DNA of 36,109 bases, taken from the IMG/VR virus record IMGVR_UViG_3300031659_000001; one strand, written 5' to 3'. Shown piece after piece: positions 19,672-27,918 of the stretch; position 1 is the first letter of the stretch; each line of letters opens with the position of its first letter. The stretch comes from an uncultured virus (IMG/VR IMGVR_UViG_3300031659_000001) (lineage: Duplodnaviria; Heunggongvirae; Uroviricota; Caudoviricetes). A program made the translations under genes and the position numbers. The notes beneath the pieces are model-generated. The model ran no database searches and was not told the origin of the DNA. It was given only the letters and a program-made list of their open reading frames with translations.

Positions 19672-21012
19672 ATGAGGGACAATGCCTTCGACCAAGCGTG
19701 GACGATCATGAAGGGTATTGTTTTTGATGGTAAGCACTATGAAGACATTGATGAATTAGACCCTCAAATCCTCGAAATACTAAGGCTTTTCAACGAGAAT
19801 AATAAAGAAAACCCATTACCACAACCCCCGTTCCAAGCAAAAGGGCGTGAAGGAAAACCATTCAAGGCTATGAGAGATGCCCGTTTAGACGGTATCGATC
19901 ACCAACCTATTTTTGATTCTATGAGAGGGTTCACAGATCCGGAAAACAGTATGCTTTCTACCTTTATGAATTGGGAGGGAGGCAAAACAAGTGAGATGCC
20001 AAAGTTCCGCAACATGGCCTCACAATTGGGTTCACGGGGTCGCCCTGTCGAACCAATGACAGGCAGTGGGTCTTTCGTGCTGGGTATGAATAGGGGCAGT
20101 GGCTTGATGAACGACATGAACCCCGATATTGTAAATGTCCACCGTCAAGCAAAGGCTGGTCTTGGTGATGTTGCTATTCCTCAATCGCAAGAAGCACATA
20201 ACGCCGCTATGGATGCCATGAATACTATTCGTGAAAGACGAGATGTGGATGGAGAGGAATTGTCAGATCAAGACCTTCGTGAACTCGCCCAGCATTTCGT
20301 GGGCAACAACCTATCCTCCTTCCGCACAGACTGGCGAGGTGCCGACTGGGATGGTCGCACCGAAACCAACGCAAAGGGCAAACAAGTCCCTATCGGCGGC
20401 TTCGATGCAGATTACGCCACAGCCTATACAGAAGGTCGCTACCCACACCAAAAATGGCGTGACAATAATGCAGAAGTCAATAGATTACATGCGTTAAGAG
20501 AAGCGCAGGGTTCGACAGCAGGGTTCACGAATGCTGAAAAGAAAAAGGTAGGGAACTGGCGTGCATTCCCACATCATGCTGGTTCGCTTAACCTCGATGC
20601 TTACGCTTCCCGCTACAAAGGAGTGGACATACGAGAAGGTGATGCCTTTGACCTCAACGATCAATTACGACCGGATGATTTGTTGTATTTAGATCCTCCA
20701 TATATTGGCCGTGATATGGATTATGGGGCAACAACCCTACAACAACAAGGAAGAACCTATGACGACTTCCAAAGAAAAATACTACAAATGGGTAGAGAGC
20801 ATGAAGGGCCATCTATCCTTTCAAATTACATGTATGCAAAAGATAAGCACCAGCCCTTAGATAGATACATCAAGGATGCTATGGATTCGGGCTACACGCT
20901 CTACCCTTGGCTACGCAAACCAAAAGCCAACAAGTTCCCCCAAGTAGAAATGTTTGGATTGAAAGGATTGAAAAATCCTCTCCCTTCTTCGGCACAAAGG
21001 ACTCTCTTCTAA
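19672..21012 (+). CDS. dam: DNA adenine methyltransferase, Dam/D12 family, with an N-terminal extension
   Basis: Motif X FMNWEGGK, motif I VEPMTGSGS, NDMN, motif IV LYLDPPY, SILSN. Dam-like hairpin TNAKGKQVPIG. Target specificity is not established. Confidence 0.8.
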   Translation: MRDNAFDQAWTIMKGIVFDGKHYEDIDELDPQILEILRLFNENNKENPLPQPPFQAKGREGKPFKAMRDARLDGIDHQPIFDSMRGFTDPENSMLSTFMNWEGGKTSEMPKFRNMASQLGSRGRPVEPMTGSGSFVLGMNRGSGLMNDMNPDIVNVHRQAKAGLGDVAIPQSQEAHNAAMDAMNTIRERRDVDGEELSDQDLRELAQHFVGNNLSSFRTDWRGADWDGRTETNAKGKQVPIGGFDADYATAYTEGRYPHQKWRDNNAEVNRLHALREAQGSTAGFTNAEKKKVGNWRAFPHHAGSLNLDAYASRYKGVDIREGDAFDLNDQLRPDDLLYLDPPYIGRDMDYGATTLQQQGRTYDDFQRKILQMGREHEGPSILSNYMYAKDKHQPLDRYIKDAMDSGYTLYPWLRKPKANKFPQVEMFGLKGLKNPLPSSAQRTLF

Positions 21013-21224
21013 TCGTGATTCCAACATGTGTCCTTGCCAAACATACGGATCTGGCGACAACGGTTTCCTTGAGCATTGGTGCCTATACACATGTATTGGG
21101 TATCGTTTGTTGCGGCTATGTCCCTTCTACACTTGGCGCATAGAGGGCGATAGCCTTTCTTTCCCATACTGGTTGGGTTGCTCGAAAACCGGCCATCGCA
21201 CCTCCCACAAACAATGCGTGCCAT
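21009..21224 (-). CDS. Small double Zn-finger protein
   Basis: Start moved to the ATG at 21224 (GAGGA upstream). CGRC...CAKC plus CIGTNAQGNRC...CWNH. Stop overlaps the methyltransferase stop tail-to-tail. Confidence 0.65.
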   Translation of the reverse strand: MARIVCGRCDGRFSSNPTSMGKKGYRPLCAKCRRDIAATNDTQYMCIGTNAQGNRCRQIRMFGKDTCWNHD

Positions 21225-21226
21225 AC

Positions 21227-21775
21227 CTATTCCTCTTCGGTGGTATGCCACGAAACATCAGCATACGCTTTTTTTCCTGTCTTGGTGTCAAGGAAGCGAA
21301 CTCGCCTCTCCTTTCTCACCTTAATGAATAGATCGTGACTTAACCTTGCATCCTCAATAGCCCAGCGAGCAACCTTGATGTGCTGACCTTTGACCCAAGA
21401 CATGGTTTTGCGTAGTCGGGAAATGATTTCGATGGGTAGTGTTCTCACGCCATTCCATCGAGCGAGGTCATACAAGTCGAATCTCTTACCTTCGTTTTGA
21501 AGGACAGGGGCACTTACCTTCTTTACCTCTCTCAAGAGGTCAAATGCACCCTTACGGAACTCACCGTGCAAGTTATGGCCCACTAAGTCTGTCAAAGACG
21601 ACCAATCAAAAGACGCCAGATCCCTCATTTCGCAATTGAGACTTTTCTCACTCATGGATATGTCGGTATAGACAATGGGTTTCTTTCCATCCCATGTGGC
21701 AATCAGTATGATGTCCATGTCACTACGCCAGCCTTCCTCAAAGTTCGTGTCGAACATCACAGCAACGCCTTTCAT
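21227..21775 (-). CDS. RNase H-fold (DnaQ/YprB-like) 3'-5' exonuclease homolog, probably degenerate
   Basis: LVGHN...FDL (ExoII-like) and WAIEDARLSHDLF (ExoIII-like). ExoI reads VMFDT instead of DxE. Start moved to 21775. Confidence 0.6.
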   Translation of the reverse strand: MKGVAVMFDTNFEEGWRSDMDIILIATWDGKKPIVYTDISMSEKSLNCEMRDLASFDWSSLTDLVGHNLHGEFRKGAFDLLREVKKVSAPVLQNEGKRFDLYDLARWNGVRTLPIEIISRLRKTMSWVKGQHIKVARWAIEDARLSHDLFIKVRKERRVRFLDTKTGKKAYADVSWHTTEEE

Positions 21776-21776
21776 A

Positions 21777-23315
21777 TTAGCCACCCCATGAGAAGGAAAC
21801 ATAATTCCTACCGCCCTTTCCTTGCTTGACGATTTCCACCGAACCGCCCTTTGTCAAGGCATTGAAGCGTCGTTGGGCTGTGATGTCAGCCACCGATTGC
21901 TGGGCGGCATATACCTTGAGTAGTTCGGATTGCATAACACGCTCAATACCGTCCTTCTCGCTGGTATATCGCTTGCACATGGTCTGTGCCTTAGACCACG
22001 AAGCACGCTCGGCTGTGACCTTTTTCTTATCCTTGACAGATTCCTTCTGTTCAAGCCAAATGGTGAGGTTATGGAGATTGTCGAAAATGATTTCGCTTGC
22101 CATCATCACATGATCCTCGGTGATTTCTGTTTCCTGCATGAGAACAGCGATTAGGTTTGAGAAAATCATAGTGTAGTTCTCAATGTTGGGTAGGAACGAC
22201 AGGGCTGTTTCACGCACCGCTTCACTGGCTATGTTGTTCACCAGCCCGTAGTAGTCATCAACGGCGTTAAGGATGGCAGGATGATACCCTGCTGATACCG
22301 TGAAAATGTCGTGTGCGTGGCGCATAGCGGCTTGTTCCCTCTCCCCTTCGGGAATACGGTTCCACACTTCGTCACGCTCTATACGGCGTTCCTCTATCTC
22401 CCCTTCGGCGTTACGGATTTCAACGGTTTCCCATGTAATGCCCATAGCGTCAAAGAGTCGGTTCTTCATCACATCGACACAGCCTGTTATGTATTCAGCG
22501 AGAATGTCGTAATCCATGATATTTTCATTTGTTTGCACATACGCCCCTGCAACACGGTGTTCGCTGGTGGTTTGGCGTTGTTCCGCCGTAATGTCGTTTT
22601 GGAATAAGAATACACGCTGGAAGAAACCCTTGTCTAAGACATGCGCCATGATGTCTTTAGGAGGATAGGTAGTCATCCATAGGGAAACACCCGATGGAGT
22701 CCTTACATCGCCTCCTACAAGGTGCTTAACGAGGACATTGGTTCGTGAGCCGAGTGGTGCCATCGCTTGTTGGAGGTATAGGATTTTGTCGGAGAAGTGT
22801 GACTTTGAGTCATTGAGTAGTATTGACGCCTCGTCAAAGAGAAGCGTCTTGTAGCCGTTTAGAAGGCCGGGAACGGTTATGTGGTTGGTTTCACCCGTTG
22901 GACGCCCGTTGTCGTCCATTACAGGCTCGGACAGGACTGTTCCGATGAGTTTAGCATCCGAACCAGCAGTGAAGGTGTCGCTCTCGACATTACATGCCTC
23001 AAGCAAGCGGTCGGTGAACTCCCATGCGATTGACTTTCCAGTCCTTGATTGTTGGATCCAGTATGTGTGAACCCGACAGTCGATGTAAGTGCCGTGAATA
23101 GGTATTCGCATGAACGGGGCACATAACTGACCCATGACGAAAAAGAACGACAACAGACCAGCATATTCATTGAAGAAAGAAACGGTATTGAACCGTTCAA
23201 TATAACCACGAATGAATTGTGAACCTTCATGGTCGCTATTCACGACCATATAGTCGTCCCACTGCCTTTGTTGCGCCATTAAGTTGTTCATGTCGCTGTT
23301 TATTGATACTGTCAT
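21777..23315 (-). CDS. AAA+ P-loop helicase (divergent MCM/YfjI-like) with a probable C-terminal winged helix; candidate replicative helicase
   Basis: Walker A QSRTGKS, Walker B LLFDEAS, arginine-finger-like GFFQRVF. Sits in the replication block. Confidence 0.7.
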   Translation of the reverse strand: MTVSINSDMNNLMAQQRQWDDYMVVNSDHEGSQFIRGYIERFNTVSFFNEYAGLLSFFFVMGQLCAPFMRIPIHGTYIDCRVHTYWIQQSRTGKSIAWEFTDRLLEACNVESDTFTAGSDAKLIGTVLSEPVMDDNGRPTGETNHITVPGLLNGYKTLLFDEASILLNDSKSHFSDKILYLQQAMAPLGSRTNVLVKHLVGGDVRTPSGVSLWMTTYPPKDIMAHVLDKGFFQRVFLFQNDITAEQRQTTSEHRVAGAYVQTNENIMDYDILAEYITGCVDVMKNRLFDAMGITWETVEIRNAEGEIEERRIERDEVWNRIPEGEREQAAMRHAHDIFTVSAGYHPAILNAVDDYYGLVNNIASEAVRETALSFLPNIENYTMIFSNLIAVLMQETEITEDHVMMASEIIFDNLHNLTIWLEQKESVKDKKKVTAERASWSKAQTMCKRYTSEKDGIERVMQSELLKVYAAQQSVADITAQRRFNALTKGGSVEIVKQGKGGRNYVSFSWGG

Positions 23316-23365
23316 GGTTCTCTCTCCGTTGGAATTGTGCCTATCGCTATCCCCTATATCAACAC
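23316..23365 (-). promoter_or_regulatory. Possible archaeal TATA-type promoter and RBS for the helicase
   Basis: One of the few intergenic gaps. The minus strand reads gtgTTGATATAggg...GGAGAG...ATG. Confidence 0.3.
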
Positions 23366-24073
23366 TTAGGCATTGGTGATTTTAATTCTCTCTTTCACCA
23401 CAGGGGACTCACTATTTAATGCCTCTACGATGCCCTTAGCACGCACTTTTCCGATCCCTTCAAGTTTCATAAGTTCGTTTGCACTTGCGCCAGCAATTTC
23501 AGTAATAGAGCCGAATGACTTTAGCAAACGCTTGGCGATTGCCTCACTACATCCTAAACCCCTAAGAGCATCAATACGCATGTCTTCGCTCGATGTGCGG
23601 CGCAGTGTGCGATATGTGCTGATACTACCCAGCGTGCCATCCTTCTCACATCTCTTCACGATCCAGTAGGCGGCGGCGGAGGGTGTAGGGAATTGCATAA
23701 CTGTCAAATCAAAATCCACATCAAGGCGAGCCAAGGAACCTAAGAATTGGGCCTGTATGCGAGCGAAGGGGGTTCTGTTGCCTCTTCGCTTCAAACGAGC
23801 CACATAGGCGTCCAGTTTGCCATGAATGACGAGGATGTTACGGTTGTAGTTCTCGTCCATGTTTTCCAATTGGTGGGCAAGGTGCCCGCTTTGGAGGGAT
23901 TGCATGTAGTCATCAATGGTCTTGGCTTCTATGCCCAATTGACCGTAGCAGTAGTCTGTGATGAGATTTTGGTTCACTTCCCACTTGATACCGGCCTTAT
24001 CAGCCTTCTCTTTAACAGCCGCTTCAAGACCAGATCGTTCCCGATTGTCGATATAGAGGATTTTTTCAACCAT
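23366..24073 (-). CDS. ERCC4/XPF (Hef-like) structure-specific nuclease with a tandem HhH domain
   Basis: IDNRE, DY...GIEAKTIDDYMQS...GHL..QL. C-terminal LRGLGCSEAIAKRLL and LEGIGKVRA HhH motifs. Confidence 0.85.
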   Translation of the reverse strand: MVEKILYIDNRERSGLEAAVKEKADKAGIKWEVNQNLITDYCYGQLGIEAKTIDDYMQSLQSGHLAHQLENMDENYNRNILVIHGKLDAYVARLKRRGNRTPFARIQAQFLGSLARLDVDFDLTVMQFPTPSAAAYWIVKRCEKDGTLGSISTYRTLRRTSSEDMRIDALRGLGCSEAIAKRLLKSFGSITEIAGASANELMKLEGIGKVRAKGIVEALNSESPVVKERIKITNA

Positions 24074-24301
24074 CTATTCCACCTTCATAATTTCGGGATA
24101 TGTCTTTCGGAGACTCATAAAACAAGCATGACAAAGTGAGTGATTAGGATGCACTAACTTCACTCCCCTTGTGCATCCTCGGCACTTGTGTTTTTCTTTG
24201 TCATAATGAGTTCTTCCAGTCTTGCCCGGTTGAGAAGGTCGGTAACGAGCAGTGCCCATTTTGGGTCGGCGGTCATCGCCACTATTTGGCCTTGTTGGCA
24301 T
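24074..24301 (-). CDS. Small basic C4 Zn-finger protein overlapping the upstream gene; start uncertain
   Basis: CRGC...CHAC. Its stop directly abuts the ERCC4 ATG, filling an otherwise empty gap of about 86 nt. Confidence 0.5.
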   Translation of the reverse strand: MPTRPNSGDDRRPKMGTARYRPSQPGKTGRTHYDKEKHKCRGCTRGVKLVHPNHSLCHACFMSLRKTYPEIMKVE

Positions 24302-24489
24302 ACCTCAAAGGCACCCTCCATTTCTTCGCTCACACGAAATCCCCAGTCGGGTTCGTCAATATCGAAATCAGCCCAAGTAAATTGGTTCTGCATGGCACGA
24401 ACTTCGTCTACATCCTTTTCCATATTCTTTATTTTCGCTTGCATTTCTGCCACTTTTTTGGCTCGTATTTTTTCTATGTCTTCGCTCAT
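24160..24489 (-). CDS. Hypothetical protein with an N-terminal coiled helix
   Basis: 109 aa, ATGA-coupled, GGAGATG RBS. N-terminus MSEDIEKIRAKKVAEMQ. Confidence 0.65.
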   Translation of the reverse strand: MSEDIEKIRAKKVAEMQAKIKNMEKDVDEVRAMQNQFTWADFDIDEPDWGFRVSEEMEGAFEVCQQGQIVAMTADPKWALLVTDLLNRARLEELIMTKKNTSAEDAQGE

Positions 24490-24740
24490 TCAATCATCTC
24501 CGTTTGTTCCGCTTCACACCGTTTGCAGTGTATTTTACCCTCAAATTGAGGTTTATGGACTAATGGTTTTTTACATTTTATTCGGATCGGTTCCAATGGT
24601 AAGTGGACAAATACAGTAACCTCACACTTTTCATTACTACAAACGAAATTAGAAACAATGCCCTCGCCATCTAAGCCCCAGTCCTCGAAAGAATCGTCGC
24701 CTCCCCAAATGAGTTCTTCATTACAGTGCCAGCACTTCAT
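24486..24740 (-). CDS. Small Zn-binding protein (CWHC...LIWGGD type)
   Basis: 84 aa. CWHC...CSNEKC plus a second C..H..CKRC cluster. ATGA coupling at both ends, GAGGTGA RBS. Confidence 0.7.
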   Translation of the reverse strand: MKCWHCNEELIWGGDDSFEDWGLDGEGIVSNFVCSNEKCEVTVFVHLPLEPIRIKCKKPLVHKPQFEGKIHCKRCEAEQTEMIE

Positions 24741-24859
24741 TCCTCTTCACCTCGTTTGTCGGGGGTTTGTCCAACCATACATCGGACACATTTTCGGAAG
24801 CCACTTCGTGCTAAATTGTGGCACTTTCTATCTACACATATTCTTGCTGTTAATCTCAT
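24737..24859 (-). CDS. 40-aa C4 Zn-finger microprotein (not in the ORF track)
   Basis: Translated by hand: MRLTARICVDRKCHNLARSGFRKCVRCMVGQTPDKRGEEE*. GGAGATG RBS and ATGA overlap with the next gene. Confidence 0.65.
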   Translation of the reverse strand: MRLTARICVDRKCHNLARSGFRKCVRCMVGQTPDKRGEEE

Positions 24860-24883
24860 TGTTTTTCATCTCCGGTTTTCATT

Positions 24884-24943
24884 TTCCAATTGGAATGCTT
24901 TTTGGGTTTTATCAATTGAATAATCAATTTCTCAATTGAGAAA
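24884..24943. repeat. AT-rich intergenic cluster of CAATTG-centred palindromes
   Basis: TTCCAATTGGAA (24884-24895), TCAATTGA (24912-24919), TCAATT (24924-24929) and a perfect 16-bp TTTCTCAATTGAGAAA (24928-24943). Confidence 0.75.
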
Positions 24944-24944
24944 A

Positions 24945-26009
24945 TCATATTCCACCACTCCTATCATAGAAGGGACAACGCCCGATGCAATACCCTTTTT
25001 CAAGCAGGGTTTTACACGAAGGTGTCTTGTAGTATTTGTCCACATTGTGGCTGATGTATGATTTTGTGATGTCGGCTTTGTAGTCCGACCATTGAAGATC
25101 CTCGATGAAAGCGACTATTGTCTCTTTTATGCTACGGTTGGTGACTGGTGACGAACGAGGGGGTCGGGCGAATGAACGGAGTCTGTCGCCCAAATACATG
25201 GCGAGATACACTCTCGCTTCGTGCGTTGGGTTGCTACCCTTCTCACAGGCGGCTGACGCCAAGCATGGGAGGACGGTGATGTTCCCGACCTTTTTCATGT
25301 CCACATCGACAGGATCTGCCTCAAATGGGGCGGCTGGGTCACGCTTCTTTGTTTTGATTTCCATACCTTGTTCGCCGTATGGAACCATACCACCGTGCGG
25401 TTCATCGGCCTTTGCTATGACTGATGCCCACCCATTATCAATGTCCTCCGTCGTTAGTGGCATACCCCACAGCCCACGCTTGAAATTGTATGTATTAGGA
25501 ATGCGAATGTGACGGTCGGGTCGGAATGAAACCACTGGATCAAGTGTGGATAAGTCCCACTTCTTGACCCATGAGTCAATCATTTTGCGACCAGTGAGTA
25601 AGAAGTCACCGAGTTCAACAGAAGTAGGTGAGTATGTTTTGTCGAGGCTCACCCAAATATGGACACCGCCTCCGGTGAACCACATGGCGTGTCGCCAGCC
25701 GTTCGCCACAAGGTGCTGGTGCAGTGTAGAGACTTCTGTGAAGCACCTATCTCCCGCTTGGGCATATGAAACACCTTCTTTCATGGCTCGTTCATAGTCC
25801 ATGTCGATGACGAAATGAGGGATCACAGCAGTATTGTATTCACCACGGTTCCCTTTCGTCTTCAATTGACGGAACCCATAGACGGTGGTGGTGAGGTCAT
25901 CGGCACCGTTGGTGGCGGCTACATAGCGTTGGAGTTCCTCCATGTTATGCACTACCTTACGCTTACGCATATCCACTTCACGGGGGAAATGTCGGAACAT
26001 GTGCGTCAT
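24945..26009 (-). CDS. Archaeo-eukaryotic primase, PriS catalytic domain fused to a PriL C-terminal Fe-S domain
   Basis: FVIDMD (DxD), FTGGGVH, RHIRIPNT. C-terminal LPC...THEAR...PSCKTL...GYCIGRC. Start moved to 26009 (GGAGTGA RBS). Confidence 0.85.
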   Translation of the reverse strand: MTHMFRHFPREVDMRKRKVVHNMEELQRYVAATNGADDLTTTVYGFRQLKTKGNRGEYNTAVIPHFVIDMDYERAMKEGVSYAQAGDRCFTEVSTLHQHLVANGWRHAMWFTGGGVHIWVSLDKTYSPTSVELGDFLLTGRKMIDSWVKKWDLSTLDPVVSFRPDRHIRIPNTYNFKRGLWGMPLTTEDIDNGWASVIAKADEPHGGMVPYGEQGMEIKTKKRDPAAPFEADPVDVDMKKVGNITVLPCLASAACEKGSNPTHEARVYLAMYLGDRLRSFARPPRSSPVTNRSIKETIVAFIEDLQWSDYKADITKSYISHNVDKYYKTPSCKTLLEKGYCIGRCPFYDRSGGI

Positions 26010-26014
26010 AATAG

Positions 26015-26956
26015 TCACTCCAAATGTGTTTGATAGCGTGGACAGAACTCTTTGACAGCGCACCACGGGTCGCATATCGAGTATTGGCGGAAGGGAGGGA
26101 TAAGAGGAAACATACTGATTTCCCCATCACCCTTGTATTTCTTGTGCATACGGACGAGGTTTTGCATATCAACCATCATCAAGCCCAGTTCTTTGACACG
26201 AACTGCCTCCACTAAGCGGAACATTTCAGCGTTTTCTGTGTCGGTGTCCTTCACCCCTTTCGTGTGATCCCAACCCCAGTGGGTAATTGGTGTCAAAGGC
26301 TCGGCCTTTCGCAACAACCACACATAGAATGCCATTTCCTTACGCATAGCCTCGTATTTGTATGGGGACTCTTTCCAAGCCCCTGTCTTGAGTTCGTGTA
26401 TGTGAAGAGAGCCGTCGGGGTTGCTATATATTCGGTCAATGAACCCAACAAAGTGGATGCGCTGTGCCACACCATCAACGGTTATTTCGACAACAGTGTC
26501 CACCTCCTTTTCATTACCAGTCGGCAAGAAATTGTCGGGTTGGCTGTTGTTGAATCGCTCTACCTCCTTCACACGGTAGCGGTCAATATGCAAGTCTTCA
26601 TCCAAATAGAAAGAATCCTGCCCCGAACGGATTTCCGATGAAGAAGGGAAACATTCACGGAAATAGCCATCTAGATCCTCCGATTCAGTAGCCTTCTCGA
26701 TGTCCACCCTTTGATAGAAGCCTTCAACGGCGTCGTGGACATTGGTTCCTCGTAGCATGTTGTCGTTCTGTGGCTCCTTCATGCCTATAATCCGCTTGAT
26801 TGCGTATTGTTGAGAGCAAAAGGTAGATTCTCCCAGTGACGATTTAGTCATACGGAGAATGATATTGTCGGGCATACCGGGGTGCCAATCGTAGCAAGAG
26901 AACAAATCCTCATGGTTTGCCACAGGGTATGGGCGAGGTGCTTTATGGGTTATCAT
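26015..26956 (-). CDS. Cas4/AddB-like PD-(D/E)XK nuclease with Fe-S cysteines (stand-alone)
   Basis: KSSL...FC, RGTNVH, GFIDRI, IHELKTG, EMAFY, CDPWC...FCP. Start moved to 26956 (TAATG coupling, AAGGAG RBS). Confidence 0.85.
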   Translation of the reverse strand: MITHKAPRPYPVANHEDLFSCYDWHPGMPDNIILRMTKSSLGESTFCSQQYAIKRIIGMKEPQNDNMLRGTNVHDAVEGFYQRVDIEKATESEDLDGYFRECFPSSSEIRSGQDSFYLDEDLHIDRYRVKEVERFNNSQPDNFLPTGNEKEVDTVVEITVDGVAQRIHFVGFIDRIYSNPDGSLHIHELKTGAWKESPYKYEAMRKEMAFYVWLLRKAEPLTPITHWGWDHTKGVKDTDTENAEMFRLVEAVRVKELGLMMVDMQNLVRMHKKYKGDGEISMFPLIPPFRQYSICDPWCAVKEFCPRYQTHLE

Positions 26957-27915
26957 TACCATAACTCCTTTGGTTTTGGTTCTTCTTCGGCCTTCACCCA
27001 TTGAAAGGTTTCAAGGACTTTTTCATTTCCGGGGTCGTTAATTTCACAGGACATAGCGTCGTCGGCATGTAGTTCGCCTTCTTCGCCCCACATCTCAATG
27101 ATGCCTTGTTGGTCGTCGTGATAGATACTCACAGCGTCACAGGAATTGCATTCAAACGGCCTTCGGCCCTTTGGAACAAAGCCGCCTTTGAACTTCTCTT
27201 CCATTTCAGCAAGACTGTCGTATTGATTGAAACCATGAACTGGATTTGAAACACGGCGACTCTCTTCATCCCATTCCTTTGCTTGCGCCCATAGATCCGG
27301 GTATTTTTTCCACAGGATATGCCACGAACCGACAGGTTGCTTGGGACAGTGAAAACAGCCCAAACGCTGGAAATTGACATAGAGAGGGTTCACCATCTCA
27401 AGGGCGTCAAGATATTTGAAAGCGTCTTCTTCTGTCCAGCCCCATTCGATAAGGGGATAGCGTATGCCATCCTCCTTTGCGGTCTTCGACACACGGCGTT
27501 TCTCATCAATGGCGATACCAACATACTTGATGTTGCATTCCTTTGTAGCCCTTTGGAGGGGGTATAATTTTGCTTCTCTTGCCCAGTAGCAAGGATAGAC
27601 AATTAGAGGTGCCCCTCGCACATTACCCTCGTTCTTTCCTCTCGTCACCTTTCCATAGAACCAATCGTTCCATGACTTCTTTGAGAACACATGCTCGATA
27701 TGTAGCCCTCTTTCGGGGTATTTCTCTTGAATGTATTTCTCCACATGCTTGATGTATTCGTAAAGTTCGGGGAACTCAAAACCAGTGTCAGCGAACACGA
27801 TGCGATGCACCGGATAGTTCACTGGATCGTCCATCTCAAGCATTTTCAACAGCATGGCTGTTGAGTCTTTTCCGCCACTAAATGATACCATCGCTATGTC
27901 TTCTTTTTCTTCCAT
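26956..27915 (-). CDS. PAPS-reductase-family (CysH/DndC/SspD-like) PP-loop protein
   Basis: VSFSGGKDS, FADTGFEFPE, RYPL, RLGCFHCP, plus an extra CNSC in the C-terminal extension. Confidence 0.85.
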   Translation of the reverse strand: MEEKEDIAMVSFSGGKDSTAMLLKMLEMDDPVNYPVHRIVFADTGFEFPELYEYIKHVEKYIQEKYPERGLHIEHVFSKKSWNDWFYGKVTRGKNEGNVRGAPLIVYPCYWAREAKLYPLQRATKECNIKYVGIAIDEKRRVSKTAKEDGIRYPLIEWGWTEEDAFKYLDALEMVNPLYVNFQRLGCFHCPKQPVGSWHILWKKYPDLWAQAKEWDEESRRVSNPVHGFNQYDSLAEMEEKFKGGFVPKGRRPFECNSCDAVSIYHDDQQGIIEMWGEEGELHADDAMSCEINDPGNEKVLETFQWVKAEEEPKPKELW

Positions 27916-27918
27916 ATT

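Noticed and set aside
19672..21012. Methyltransferase as part of a complete restriction-modification pair
   Set aside because: No adjacent endonuclease-like ORF. The neighbours are microproteins.
26015..26956. Cas4-like gene as evidence of a CRISPR-Cas locus
   Set aside because: No repeat-spacer array, cas1 or cas2 in the window. Stand-alone Cas4-like nucleases are common in archaeal viruses.
26956..27915. Complete Dnd/Ssp phosphorothioation system or sulfate-assimilation operon
   Set aside because: No cysteine desulfurase, DndD/DndE, SspB/SspC or other cys genes in the window.
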